Origin: Marsupella aquatica
Lineage: Eukaryota > Plantae > Marchantiophyta
Length of the DNA stretch: 64,000 bases
Assembly: GCA_973895155.1 (NCBI GenBank)
Contig: OZ316896.1
Location: forward strand, 17,162,754-17,226,753
Direction: 5' to 3'
The translations under genes were made by a program, and so were the position numbers. Positions 38,701 to 52,900 of the stretch are shown piece by piece; position 1 is the first letter of the stretch; each line of letters starts with the position of its first letter. The notes beneath the pieces are model-generated. The model was not told where the DNA came from. It was given only the letters and a program-made list of their open reading frames with translations, and did not search any database.

Positions 38701-40537
38701 AGAAAATCTTCTTGACACCCTCTCTGATAAGGAGTCCAAGGGGGAAGGATTCCTTACTAGTAAAGTGTCCACATTGAGGCACGCAACACGAGATGAGATG
38801 CGTCGCAGAGCTTTGCAGCGTAGAGAAGAACTCTTATTGGTAATGTCTTATGAATCACTGTTTTCAAATATATTCCATTTCTGTTTGAATGCTAAGAACT
38901 ATAGTTCAGTCAAAAAGGTTGTGCAGTGTCTGATATATCATCGATCTGGCAGGGATTGGGCATGCGTCGCGAGGTGAGGTCGGATGGAGGAGAGAGAATT
39001 GTCGTGGCAAAGCCTGATATTGAGGGCCTGGAAGAGGTGGAGGAAGAGGAGGCTGGCCTGGCTTGTATGGTGTGTCGTGAGGGCTACAAACTGAGGCCAA
39101 CTGACATGCTTGGAGCATATTGTTACAGCAAGCGGATGAACTTGGCTCTTGGGATGAGCAGCCATCTCCGTGCTGAGTGGGTTTACACAACTGTCAGCCA
39201 CTTCAACGTTATACATTTTCAGTGTCACCAGGAAGCAAAGAGAGCGGATGCTTCTCTTAAGAATCCAAAAAAAGAGTGGGAGGGTGCTGCCTTACGCAAT
39301 AGTGAAACATTATGTAACAACCTTTTCCCGTTACGAGGTCCAGCAGTACCCCTGAACCAATATACTCGATGTGTGGATCAATACTGGGATAACCTTAATG
39401 CCCTTGGGCGTGCGGATGGGAGTCGGCTGCGGCTTCTCATCCATGATATTGTCATGGTAAGTGTTGGATTTCTGTTTAGGTTTGTTCCTGACATTATCGA
39501 TATGTGGGCTTGGGAAGTTGGGGCAAGTGGTGCGTGTGAGGGTTTTTGGTAATTCTTGCTTCCATATGAAACTAATCTGTAATTGTTCCACTTTTATCTC
39601 CTGAACTCAAACCTGGGATGTTATCTTGCAGATGCTCTCCCGCTTTGCGACAGGTTCATCCTTCAGTATTGACAGCAAGGGTGGTGGACGGGAAAGCAAT
39701 TCCCGCTTGTTGCCATTCATGATTCAGATGGCTAGACATCTGCTGGACCAGGGCGGCGCAAGTCAACGTCGTAGTCAAGCCAAGGCCCTCGCCTCATACC
39801 TGTCACCCTCTTCCACTTCCGACACACTCGAGTCTGGGTTCAAGCCTTCCACTCCACCTACTCCCCAAAGAGCGGGAAGTATAGACGAATCGGTGCAGTT
39901 TATGATGGTACAATCTCTTCTTCTCCAGTCTCTAGAGGACTGGCAGCATCACCGCCGCACGTTTTTGCAGCGAGCTGTGTTGCATGCATATGTACAGTAC
40001 AAGAATGGAAGGTCATTGTTACCCACTACTTCCTTACCCAGCCCTCTCCCGTCTTCCAGAAACTCGTTTGATTTCGCCTCTAATTTGGTCAGTCCTGAGA
40101 GCAAACGTTCCGACGAGCCTAAAGATGAGATTAGGATAAATTTGATCAGCAGAGAGCAGCTTTTTACAGTTGTTCAGCCCATGCTGGTTTACGTAGGTTT
40201 AATTGATCAGATGCAGCAGTTTCTCAAGGGTGGCAGCGTAAAAGTTAGAGATGTAACGGAGAAGGAGGATCGGAAGTCTGAAAGTATTAAGGATGAAGGA
40301 TCTGTCCATTGTGGGATAGAATTATGGGAGACCAGTCTGAAGGACAGGCTTCGGGATGTTGGTGCTATCCTAGGGTTTTCCAAAGACATGCTGGAATGGT
40401 TGGAGGAAATGCAGGGTGCTCGGGATATTCAAGAAGCGCTTGACGTGATGGGAGCTTTGGGGGATGCTCTTAATGGTAGCCACAAGTCCTGTGAAGATTT
40501 TGTCAGGGATGCAATTGCATCGGGCCAATTTAGATAA
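20747..40537 (+). CDS. BIG: Auxin transport protein BIG / UBR4 (calossin/pushover) N-recognin E3 ligase, ~5259 aa
   Basis: 15 exons: 20747-20975, 21259-21380, 22442-22619, 22795-29084, 29629-30255, 30537-30717, 30908-31148, 31310-36007, 36274-36496, 36647-37054, 37240-37383, 37585-38236, 38463-38839, 38953-39456, 39632-40537. These sum to 15780 nt, in frame, all GT-AG. The product has a UBR box, a WD-like propeller, a ZZ finger, the CPRC..C..CHEN Zn region and a C-terminal UBR4 E3 domain. Exons 1-3 are somewhat less certain than the rest. Confidence 0.97.
27126..27335 (+). other. UBR-box zinc finger of BIG
   Basis: [59 protein letters not shown]...CLCL. Confidence 0.93.
31485..31645 (+). other. 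ZZ-type zinc finger of BIG
   Basis: [31 protein letters not shown]...HSRDHPM. Confidence 0.92.
36064..36134. repeat. Perfect 34-bp inverted repeat with a 3-nt loop in BIG intron 8
   Basis: TTTAGAACAGGGTAAGGACAGACAAGGAAACAAG - GGA - CTTGTTTCCTTGTCTGTCCTTACCCTGTTCTAAA; the arms are exact reverse complements. Confidence 0.97.
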
Positions 40538-43500
40538 CAGGAGCTTTCCAACCTCAAAAGTGATACGTACTGGAAACACACAGAAGCGGGATGAAAGTCC
40601 TCACTAGATCCCCAGAGCTGAGGTTGGATCTTGTGTGCAAATTAGGCACACAATTTATCCTAGTCCATTGTATCATAGTTTTGTTAAATTTGAACACGGC
40701 AGAATAGGATTAGATTTAGAATTTCGATGTCTGCCAATGAAGTTAAACCTCGCTAGGAGTGCAGAGTTGAGGTATTCGAGTATCAACTTTTAGTGTAAAG
40801 GTGAAGGTAGGAGAAGTTTTGTCCAAGTTTAGAAGTGGAGGAGCGTGTTCACTGGAGTTGGTACATAGCAATTCACTGTGGAGCTCAACGTAGGTAGCTC
40901 AAGTTGACGTCTGCTGTCGCAGAATTCACTTGATTCTTGAATTCACCGGGGTTGGGAAATCTTTGGGGCCTTGAGCATGCTGAACTGCCTAGGTTGTGAA
41001 AACCTGAGTATTCTGTATATATTGCTTGGTTTCCAATACATACATTAAATTTCAACTCCGTGGTCAACTCAACGAGGATCTTTGGATGGGCCTGTCCCGG
41101 TCTTTCCTCACTGGGAATCTAGTTCGAGCCTTTGCACATGTGATGTGAATATTGATATTTTTTGGACAATGTAAATGCTTCAAGTGCAGCTTTGCAAATT
41201 TCCAGACTTCCTTCTGTTCTGCGAGAAATGGTCATCTTCTTGTTGCACAAGTGATCATGAGGCTCTCAGCACACTTCCAGGTTGAGCACTAACGAGGTGT
41301 CACTCCAACATAGCAGACATTGACACTCGACCTACCTTGTGGTATTTCCGCCCTTACGCTTATAAGAGAGATGATGGAATTTACTTTTTCGGGCACCATT
41401 GATGAAACTTGTGCTGACTTCCGTGAGTTTAACTGGATGACAACGGACTGGAAGACAATGGATATACCTTCGCCTGTAAACTCTTTGTTCCTGCTGTTTC
41501 TGTTTTGTTGTTCCGTCGTTCTGGTTTTTTTAACTAGTCTCCACAATTGGTTTCGTTCTTAGTTTGGACAGGGTGTGTGGAGCTGGGCCGGGATGGGGTA
41601 TTCAACTTTTCCTTTTGTAGTAGAAATTCCAGCATTTCTGAGTTCCTCTTGTTGAAGAAAGCAAGTTGGTTGGAAAGTCAAATTGCTTGTACACATTACA
41701 AGGTCACCGCAAAGCAATAAAGCTGCTGCCCGTCATCCTTCTCTGGGGGAGGCCACTACAAATGCTTCATAACAAATGTCCCTCAGCTTTAGATATGTTA
41801 ATAAAGTTCGATGATAGTCCCATGAGGATAATAGAGACGTGAAAAGACGATAGAGATGGTGATCACTCTGATCGCAAGGTGAATATGAGTGACTGGGAAA
41901 TATGCTAAAATACTATTTATTTCATATTTAGCACATATCTCTTTACTCTACCTCATAAATTGCCCCATGATTGGATTATCTTTATCTGACGAAAGAGAAT
42001 CAAACTTCTTTTGAGCATGAATATTAATTTTCGTATCTGCCATCCCCTACCCTACTCCCTCCCACTATTTAACTCAGGGTCTATCCTATTAGTAAATACT
42101 TAACTAAAATGAGTAAAAAATGAATAGGAAATAAATGAAAAGGCAATGAGTCAAAACCTTAAGTAAATTTACTTTTTTACTTGGAAAATTAGGAAAGATT
42201 AAGTTCTATAAAGATTAAAACAGTTATTTTCTTGCATTGATAACATAATTTCAGCAGTCTATAAAGATAAAACAAGTGTTCTCTTGCATTAAACTTATTG
42301 GTAAACCTCCGTCACTCTGGACCAGGCATACTTCACTCAAGAAAAAAGACTCTCAAATTCACTCATCAAATGAACCTGGAGTATACAACTAGGTTTACTG
42401 ATAACATAACTCGGGCCAAGGGCCGTCACAAAATTTGGAACTTAGATGTCCTTGTCCCATTTTGCTCTGCCCCCAAAGGGCTCTCTGCATGAATTGTGGG
42501 AGTAATGTTATTTTGATGTTTTGCTCAAAATAAGAAACGCCCACAAAGGCCCCAAAAGTGAATGATGAGTGAAGATTGAGGAAAAGGAACTACCACAATT
42601 TTTTTGATCCTTCGCTCAGTTCAAATATGTCAGTTCAAATGCCAATAGAGTAGGGTGAAATCTCCTGAAAATGTGACGAGCCATTTCTACAGGTAGATCA
42701 CCTATGATGGAACAGATGGGAAATGGATTGATATTGAGATATTAATTGAGAATGTAAAGTTGACAATGAAATTTGGTATACAAGAGAGAGTGTACGTGTT
42801 AGATGCAACTGACTTGGAGGCTCTAACCACATACACTCAGAGTATGAATAGTGTGATATGTGTTGAATATTTTACTTTTTTTCAAGAACGTACATGTATT
42901 TTCAAAGTACCAATTATTGTACACGGATTAGGAATTGAGACGACAGTGCTACCGATCACGCTATGTAAATCATGTCCCTGAGGCCGAAGGCTGCGCAGTC
43001 AAGTAAACGGTGGTTATACAGGAGAGCGGAGCTTTTGCACAGATCTGACGACAATAGCTGAAGTGAAATGATTCCCATAGAACTTTCTGAGGCGGATTTA
43101 TTTTCGAGTTCAAACACAACGCTGTAATGTTCTTAAGACCAACCGTGTGGTCCGTTCACCTAGCCACTTGGAGAATGCTTCGAACTCGGGTTTTGGAATT
43201 TCAGATGCTCTTCAACCATTGCGTTGACATGACAGACATTCTAGTCCCGTGAATGCATCAATGTTTGAACAAAAAAATTCCGAAAATGCGTGGATTAATT
43301 AACTGGACAGTTGCAATTCAAGTTCACAAGGAAGAACAATGGCAACGAATCTTCTGTCTGGCGGATTGCAGCTGTCCAAATCAAACAATCTGAAAGAATT
43401 GCAGCAATCCGAATCCAGAGTGAGCTGAACTATGCAATCTAGAGTGATACAGAACTCTATGGGGTGATCTCTTTTACAGAGTGAGTATAGATTGACCACT

Positions 43501-43978
43501 TCAAATTATGTTCGTCCAGGTTAATGCTTCAAACGAAACCAAAGCGCCAAATCAAATTGCAATAAAGATTGAGAGTGCTGAAAACGAGTGTATGGGAGAA
43601 GGATACCTTCATCATCAGTGAACAGTGACGGATGAACAAGAGAATAGTGAACAAGCTAAAAGCAATTGCAGACGATAAAAGCAAAGCTGAAAGGAGAGAC
43701 TGAAAAGCAACGAGATACAATTGCAAAGCGAAAAGAAATCTAATCGACATTTGATCCTATTGAGTATTTTTCGTTTGGAATCTCTTTTTCATAATTCTGC
43801 AGTCACCATAACATGTCCAGCAGCTAGATAAATCCAGATGCTGATGTCTCGATTCAACAACAACAGTCCTAGAGACAGTATGCTGGGTGATGAAGATTTT
43901 GAATCAGTTAAATATAACACATGAAAACTACGTGGAGCACCGATTTTCGAATAATACAACATGCTTTGTGAGAATCTA

Positions 43979-46900
43979 CTAGAAAAAGGGGCGATCGTTT
44001 TGAGATTCTGCTGGGTTCGAAATTGGAACCAACTGCTTATCTGAAGAAGTCTGTTGCGGTGCACTTGACACACCTACCGGAACTAGCTGGAGATCAGAAG
44101 CAGTTTGAGGCCCTCGAGGGGAAAATCCGCCTACAGAAGTTGAAGTTGACATCGGAAACGGGAATTGCTGTCTCCCTCCCCCAACAGAAGTTGATGTTGA
44201 CATGGGGAATGGAAATGCTTGAGTTCCACCACCTGGACCAGTTTTCCCTCCGGGAGGAGGGAACGACCGATGCCTTCCAACCGCTCCTGAAGGGGGTGTG
44301 GGAGGTGGAATTGCATTTAAAGGCTGAGACCCGGTTGGATTTGTGGGAGGAAATGCTTGAAAACTAGGAACGCCTGATTGTCCAGGTGGTGGAAAAGGAG
44401 GTCCAGGTGGAATTGTGGAACCATTTGCTTGAAAATTACGAGCACCTGGCTGTCCAGGTGGTGGAAAAGGAGATCCGGATGGATTTGTGGGAGCAAATGC
44501 TTGAAAACTAGGAGCGCCGGGTTGTCCAGGTGGTGGAAATGGATATCCAGGTGGATTTGTGGGAGCAAATGCTTGAAAACTAGGAGCACCTGGTTGTCCA
44601 GGTGGTGGGAAAGCATGAAAGCCAGGAGCACCTGACTGATTGAATGGAGGTGGAAATGCCTGAAATCCAGACCCAAATGCCTGCTGCGTAGATGGTGGAG
44701 GAAAAGCTTGAAAGCTAGGAGCAACTGACTGACTGAACGGGGGTCGATATGCCTGAAATCCAGTACCAAATTGCTGCTGGGATTCTGAGGGAAACGCTTC
44801 AAAGCCAGGCCCGAGTGGCTGTGTCGTCGTCATTTGAGGTGCGCCTGTTACCGGAGCAGGGACAGACCACAGAGGCCCACCAGGTACAACAGATTCGGAC
44901 GAAGGACCTGTTGTTACTTGGGGTGCACCTGTTACCGGAGCAGGGACAGCCAACATAGGCCCACCAGGTACAACGGACTCGGAAGGAGGACCTGTTGTTA
45001 TTTCGGGCGCTCCTGTTACAGGAGCAGGGACACTCAACATAGGCCCACCAGGTACAACTGATTCGGAAGGAGGACCTGCTGTTACTTGGGGTGCACCTGT
45101 TACCGGAGCAGGGACGGCCGACACAGGCCCACCAGGTGCGACAGATTGGGAAGGAGGACCAGTTGTTACTTGGGGTGCACCTGTTACCGGAGCAGGGAGA
45201 GCCAACATAGGCCCACCAGGTACAACAGATTTTGCGGCTGAACTGGGAAGTGCTAGAACAGGTGCCGTGGGCGTATTTGCTGGAGGAAATATCTGGATCA
45301 GTGGTTGCCTTGACTGAGACAGGCTTTGCAAAACTCCATCTTTCTGTGGGGCAAGTGCTCCTCCCTCCAGAGCAGCTAGGACAGGGTCCACTGTGGCTCC
45401 AATTTCAGGAAGGGCCTTGGAAGATGGCTTGGCATACTGCTTTTGTAGTACCTTGTTCCATTGCTGCAACAAGTTCTTCAGTGACGACCTACCATGTGCC
45501 TGCAGAAGATATGCAGATGTTAGTTTGAACTGAAAATAAATCCTGTATGACATATTTAATCAAACTAGATTTGCAAACACGGTACACAGACTTCACCTGC
45601 AGAAAACAACGTCCCTGCATACCATTTTCCATTATCCAATCCTAAACCAAGAGACGCATTCCGTCACCTGACAATATCATGTGATTTTAGCTTCAGATCA
45701 TAAAAATATCCGTCATTTGGCACGCCCATAGGTTTAGTGAGATGGAAAACGTGAAACCTGAGCATGTAGAGTAGCCTCCGGGAACATGCCCGTATCCTCC
45801 CAAGCCTTTTCCGATACCGTCGGATCACTCAAAAAAGCGCCTGCAAGAGCTGCCTCACGACCTAGCCCTGCAATTACCATCCTATTTGCTTGGACCTGCA
45901 CAACATATCAAAGAACTCAAGTCGGTAACGCAAACCAATTGTCAACGTAAAGACATGAGTTGTATTACAGACCGGTCCGTAAAGCTTATACATATGGCAT
46001 CCAAGCTTGGCAGACAAGTCCAAGATCTCAATATTTGCAGTAGAAGTCCAAAACACGAATAAACCTATCCTCCAGTGCAGAAAAGCATACCGCCAAACGT
46101 GTGAGCTCTCCATGAGCAGCAAGCCGAAAAGATAATGCACGCAGCTCATCAGAGCTTAACCCGCCCTCAACTGACCCTGCTGCTGCAAGTCTAGTCAACG
46201 CCTGATGGGCAATGGCTCCTTGTCCAGTGGCGTCAGCAGCATCTATCAACTCCAAAAACTCTTGTGCAAACTTGACAATTCCAATAACTGCTTCTGCCTT
46301 TACATCCTGATCTGCTGCGACTGATAGAACCCCTGTTTTATCCTTACCCAGATCAACACCCTGACTGAAACCTTTACTGTTGCTCAAAGTAACAAGCGCC
46401 TGCAACGCTCTTTTCAGCTCACCACTTTGTATAGCTAGGTCAAACTCCAATCTGAAAAGATCCCCACCATTTACTGAGTAAGAAGACTGACGTTCCTTTA
46501 TCTCCGGGCCAGACTCCTAATGCTTCCATTTGCAAAGGAAACCAGATTGTACCAAGAACAAACAAAGACGAATCTCCTTAACATTTGATCCCCTGCCTTC
46601 CTTAGAACTCTTAATCTTTACGCGAGACAGAATTACTGTGATCTACTTTAATCATAATTTCCAGTTTAAAAGAAACAAGAAGCCCTGTTCTTTTAAGGGA
46701 ACTACCTATCGACTAGAACCTACTCCGACTAAAACAACTCGACTAGATCAAAAATCTAGCTTGTAAGTAAACCTTTGAGACATTAGGCCAAGGAGGACAA
46801 ACCAGCCCACTTTCATTGCTTACTTGCCACTCACGCTGGAATAGCTAAACTTGTCTGCAAAACAGGGAGTCCGTCCCTCAACCGAATGTTCGCATAAACG

Positions 46901-49900
46901 CCCAGAACACTTTAAAAAAACTCACCTCTTTGAGATTCCAGGTAAATGCAGTGCTTCCTTGGCGTAACCCATCCCCACCATAAATTGGGCCAAATCGTCA
47001 TGGTGTTCTCGGCCCAACCTTGACGCCCTGAAGAAACATCCACTACCATCAAATCGATCAATTCCATCTCCTACCCAGGTTGACAAATTACGTCACATGT
47101 CCAGGTAATATCGTCGACCAACAACCCAACGATTAAAACCTGTGGAATATGCAGTCTCTATTCTCTATCTTTCGATAACAGGGAGCAGCGGGAGCAGCAT
47201 AAAACAAACTTTCGAGTGCAGCATTCAAGATGTATGGTTCATACCACTTCACTGCACTCACAGCATCTCCATAAGCTGCCAGGCAACGACAGCGAATACC
47301 TGGGTGACTCAGAGCAATCGCATGCGCTGTCATAAACCTGTGACAAAATGGGTCCTCAATTAAGAGCTCCAGACCAGGCGGCTTTTTACAATTAATTGCC
47401 ACGTAACATCCCTAGTCGTGCTTAAGACATCAAATTTTAAGGAATGTTGGACCAACAGAAAACATTGCAAATCTTTTTGTAAATGAGGTGCTCTTCAACG
47501 TTGGAACCCAAACTTCACCTTCACAACCATGTTAATGACAATTTCACTATATATATCTCTATTGGCCAGCACAGGCGCGGAATTGTTTATATGTCCCAAT
47601 CCTTCTCGTAGTTAAACTGTCTAGATCAGGTATGAATACAGGGAACCAAGGCGAGAGACTTCATGGGTTGAAGGCTACAATTTCTTCACATTAGAGAACT
47701 TACATGTCTACCAGCCACAACACACCATCCCTGACACCCACAACAACTAAAGGTCCAACTGGTCGCTTTTGCTCATGGGGAAGTCGTGACACAGCCATGG
47801 AGACACCTCCTCCCCCAATCGCCACTTCAGCTCTTCGACGTTCTTCCAGTTCTTTCAATGGTCCTGTGCCATCTTGATCTGATCTAGACGCCTTGGGAAG
47901 GATCAAGACTGGAGGAGCAGTGGGCCCTGTATGAAATGAGGCAAGCCTCACCACCTAGTCCAATCCACAGAAAAATCATTTTACAAACTTCAAACATCTG
48001 CTTCAGAAGCAATAAAATACTTGAGTTGAACAAAATTAGTACCTTTCTCTCATACGAAAGCCATTGAGGCTACCTACCACATCCCTCCAATAACTAAAGG
48101 TTATTAAGACTGCAGCTGATTGGGCTGCCATTAATGCATGAAATGCATACGTCAAGCCATTGTACGTTTTGCTAGCAATTAGATAGCATGCTAAAGCCTC
48201 GTATAGGTAGATCACTCATGCTGACAAACAGGCATATTCAAGGACTTAATACCTGTAGCATAGGAGGCCTCAATGCCACTCGTTCACTATCAGCAAATTT
48301 AGGAGCATCAACGGTCAGTAGCGCCAGCTGTCCTTGCTGTACACCAGCTCTAGCCTGTGCCTTCTGCTCCTCTTTCCTCCTCTTTCTTTCCAAGTCAAGA
48401 GCACTTACCCCAGCATCCACAAAAACACACCTGAAAGAGGACAATACAGCACAGATCAATCTACGAGAAAGAACTGCAATAATTCTCTAAGGCTTGTGGT
48501 ATTTTGAACTGAAAAGGCACGAACAAAGCAAAGCAGCTGCAACCTAGACAAATCAAATTTAGGTGTTGTGCCCGTCCTGACTGAAATCAAGACGGTATAA
48601 TGACATTCACTTTCCACCCAATATTGGGGTATCCTTGACCATACTGGGGAAGTGTGTATGTGAGCTCACTCAATCGTAGTTGGTGTGGAAATAAAAAGTT
48701 GTCTCCTGTGCCACACACCACCTGTAGCCGATCCAATAGCTACAGTCCCCAGAAAACGGTATTGAGGACGTAGAGAAGCGATGACAATATAGCGTTGATA
48801 CGCGAGGGCACAGTATTCCACTGTTTGGTCCCAAGCTGTCCATTCTGGCTGGGGTAGCATTTGACTGACCGGCTTAAAGTTCTCCCAGCTGTCACACAAA
48901 AAAATAACCAAACAGTCAAATATTGGCCTTCAAGTGCATGGAATGGTGAAGGGAGATATCGAATAATTCTACTATACCTAGCCAGCACACAGGTTACCAG
49001 AACCTGAGAGGCAGAAAATGTTCAGGGCAAAGAAAACTAACAAGTTTCTTGTCCAAGGAAACTCAATCGGGTAATGGGGCCCACACTATACAAAGAGAAA
49101 CGATATCTACAAAGATCTGATAAAATCCTACTCAATTATACACACGCGCCCACAATTCCCCCCAAGGGATGGAGATCTTCAAGTGATGCATTACGAAATA
49201 TTTGCCATCGAATCCACTCTCCTCAACTGACAATTCGCATAGCTTACCTGTACAACTGAAAATTGGCAGGGGCCTCCCCAATGATCCTGGTACCTAAAGT
49301 TGGAGCTTCCTCTCCAACAAAACCTCCAGTTGAACCAAAGGTATTCGGTGAAGAGCTCGGAATGGTTTTGCGCGGAAATTTGTAAGTAACACCTAGCAAT
49401 GCTCCTCCTTGTAGGCCTGTTACCTGCCCACCCGAACCAGTCAAAACCTGAACTTCCCAGGGCTTGTAACGGGACAAATTCCGCTAATCAAGCTCTCGTG
49501 AAAAAACCGTCATTGCACCTATCTGAGAACTAGAAATACCTTTTGGTGTACACTCAGAATGCCAGGCACTCGAAATAAGCACAGGAACAAAATTCAAGAG
49601 AAAATGTTGAGCTGTGAACATACTGGCTCACTTCTTCCTTCAATTGACTTCATTAGCAAGTGGGGACTGCCATCGTCCAGAAGAACGCGCACTTCAACTT
49701 TGGCTGCTGCTGCAGCTGCCGCTGCTGAGGCTGCAACGGCAGCTGCGTGAGCTGCAGCAGCTTCCCTGGCTTTCCTTGAAGAACCAGTCTTTCCAGGAGG
49801 AGGCACTTTTGGAGTGGAAACTGTCTGCAACAATGCATATCTATCCTTGCAGGAATCCCAGGCAAAATACCTTGCAACCCCTTGATCTACCATTTTCCAG

Positions 49901-52900
49901 TCACTGACTCGATAAATTTCGTATGCAGGTAACTCCGGCCATACCACCGACACATACCTGCAACAGAAATGTGAAGGTTGAATAAGCGCTTACCATACAG
50001 TGAAAAGCAAAGCCCAGAAATAGAGTAAGACGTCTTCGACCCCGCACAGCTGTCCTCAGATGGTTTGAAGGGATGGACTGATAACACGTTGAGGCAGAGC
50101 CAATTGAACAACTAAACTCAAAAAGCAGAAATGGTTGGCAGCCTAGTCAACAAATAGTCTTGAGTTCCTAAAACAATTAAAAATTCTAACTGACTTCCAA
50201 TAAATTTGAAGGACAGTACCTACTTTCCAGAATAGCTTGTACCAAGCGTGGCAGCTGAATGATTCGCCACAGGTCCCACCCGCGATCTTGTTTGCTTAAC
50301 CAGTAATGATGGTGCGTCTGTTGCTGATTCTGCTCGAAATCTAGCTCCTGTGTCCCCAGCATTTATGACTGTGGGGTTGATGTGAGAAGAAAGTTGAAAG
50401 GTTAACAACCTCAGCTCTCTTTCAACATTACAGATTACACGGTGTTCTTTGCTTCCCACAGGTGTAGGTAGCGAAACAACTGCTGGAACTGCTTTGGCAT
50501 CAAACTCACAAAGAATAACTCCCAGGTTGGTGCCAGCGGCAACCAAGTGCGGTTGCAGAGGGTGCACTGCCAAACAGTAGGTCTGCGTCACAGATATTGA
50601 GCTTTAACGCCACGGCTTCAGACAAGATTTCTTGAAGAGGTTCCCAGCAAAGCTAGTTGTGCCCACGCATGGTGACAAGAAGCACAACCATAGATATTGC
50701 TTATGTGGTCAGGGAGAAAATAGGAGAACCAAAAAGATAGTAACAGACCTTCAGTTTCTTGCCAGACGGCAGTTGGGCCGGCGGAATCATAATAGTGAGG
50801 TCGCAGAGTGGTCTTGTAACACCACCATAGTGCTCAACTGTCCTGTTAACAATACCAAAAAGGTAAATCAGGCTTTCTTCAGAACCATACGACGTTTAAG
50901 CTTTACTTTATTTAAAAGCTTCAATCATTCCATAAAATTCATGTGCACGACCACTTGATGGTGCACCTAAATTATCCGCCTAACGCTTTTCTAAAGTCCA
51001 TTTTCTACAAAAACTAGAGATATTGAAGCTCAGAGAGCATACCAGATATGCGAGTCCTTGGCACATGTCAATATACTCAGGTTGGGCGCCCGCGGATGAG
51101 ACCAAGTTGCAACACTAGTGCAGGACATCTTCGAAATAGGTTTCAATCGCCTCATTTCCTGTTGAACAACTAATAAGTCAAATTCATTATTTTCAACTTG
51201 TCGGACAGCCATCTCTGCAAAGGCTCTCTTTGATGAGAGAAAGTACATGTTGAGGCAAACCATTGGCTGAATCATAAAGACGGATATATCTTCCTTTCAC
51301 TACTCGACCTCTATCTGCCCAGACGGAAATCAAGCTGAAAAGATAGATATGCTCATCTTTGTAGGGACTGCAGCAAAGACCAACTGACCTTGAACGAAAC
51401 TGTGTCCCAGACTGCCATGGTTTTATCTGCACCAATAGTTACAAGCTGTGGAGCACCCCCTTGAACTCTTATCAATTCAATCCCCACAATACCATTATCA
51501 TGACCCTGAAGCAGACCAAACAATAATCTTAGCATTGAGAAATTTGATTCCTTCCTCATATTCATGTTGTCTCTGAAAGCCCTGCTAGTAGAAGATGAAG
51601 CCAACAAACCCAGAAATCTTTGATTACTAACGAACAGATGACTTAATAGAAAAGTGGACGATGGAGCTATCCTTCACAAACATTAAGAATTAAAATTAAA
51701 AAGAATGTTGCAGTCTATATACCTTAACAGACAACTTTGGTGTGGCCTCTCGAGCATTGTCGACGCTCCAAAAGGTCAGCAGTCCATCGTTACCACCTGA
51801 CACCAGTAATGTCTACACAAGCAAGATACGTTGGTTAGCCAATCGTCCCCATCCATGAAGTACTCCCGAACTCAGACAAACGCTTTCTAACAGGACACCC
51901 TAAACTACTTCAACTGCATCTAACCAGACATGGTCTTGCCCTTGTGAAGCAAGTCCGCAAGGAACTGAGCTCATATATGAAGTACGTTGGACCATCAATC
52001 TACTAGAAAGTAGAAGAATGCAAACCTCTCCACTAACAGCCAAGAAGGTCTTCAGACATGCGATTGGTCCCTTGTGTGCACCAGCAAATCTTTGAACTAC
52101 CTGTAAGATTTCAGAAATTAGAGGACTTGGCAAGATTTTGGACATCATCAAAAACAAATATGCCGGAAAACTGAATGAATCAAAGTGGCAAAGGTTTGGA
52201 ACAACATGACAGACTCAACTCCCATTCAACAGTACACAGTACCGAACACTGACCCAAAAACGAGCCATTGTTGGTGAGGTAGGACCTTCAAGAAACGCTC
52301 TGGTATGTGAATTTGAATTTTTTTAAACCCTAGTGACACCTGACAATGTTACTTAGCATTGGAAAGGGAAGGGTTTGGTTAGAACCAGCCAATTCTGCAT
52401 TGAGAGAACTCTGATAACTCCATCGGGAGCACCAAATGCAGCCAGCGGTCCATCACCTAGTCCTGAACGTGGGAGAAACTCCACACTGTGCAGGAGAGAC
52501 ACAAATGCAGTAAGTGCCACGTGAACAAGAAATTGAGTACACTACACTTGTGACCGAAACATACAATATTGTCAGCAAACCTAACGGTTTCATTCATACA
52601 CACTTTTCCAGAAGCAGATTATCTGACAACAATTCTGCTTGAATCGTGTAAACAATTTCAACACTCACGTGACATCCAGGCAAATCTTACAGAAAAATAA
52701 ACATGTCCGAGGATCCTGTAACAAACTCCCTGATTATCTTACAGACCTTCAACATCCTCATGCCAACAACACGTAATGTGTATAAGGTCTAGATTTCCCT
52801 GATCATACTCACAATGCCGAAATCATCAATATTCAAACTCAACTAACCAGAGTGGTGCTTTGTTGTCAAAGACAAGCTTTGGCACATCTTTGGCCCGCAT

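Noticed and set aside
4858-40537. SUMO + BIG (+ TWD40-2) as a functional gene cluster
   Set aside because: They are conserved housekeeping genes separated by TE-rich DNA. Nothing in the sequence indicates co-regulation beyond adjacency.
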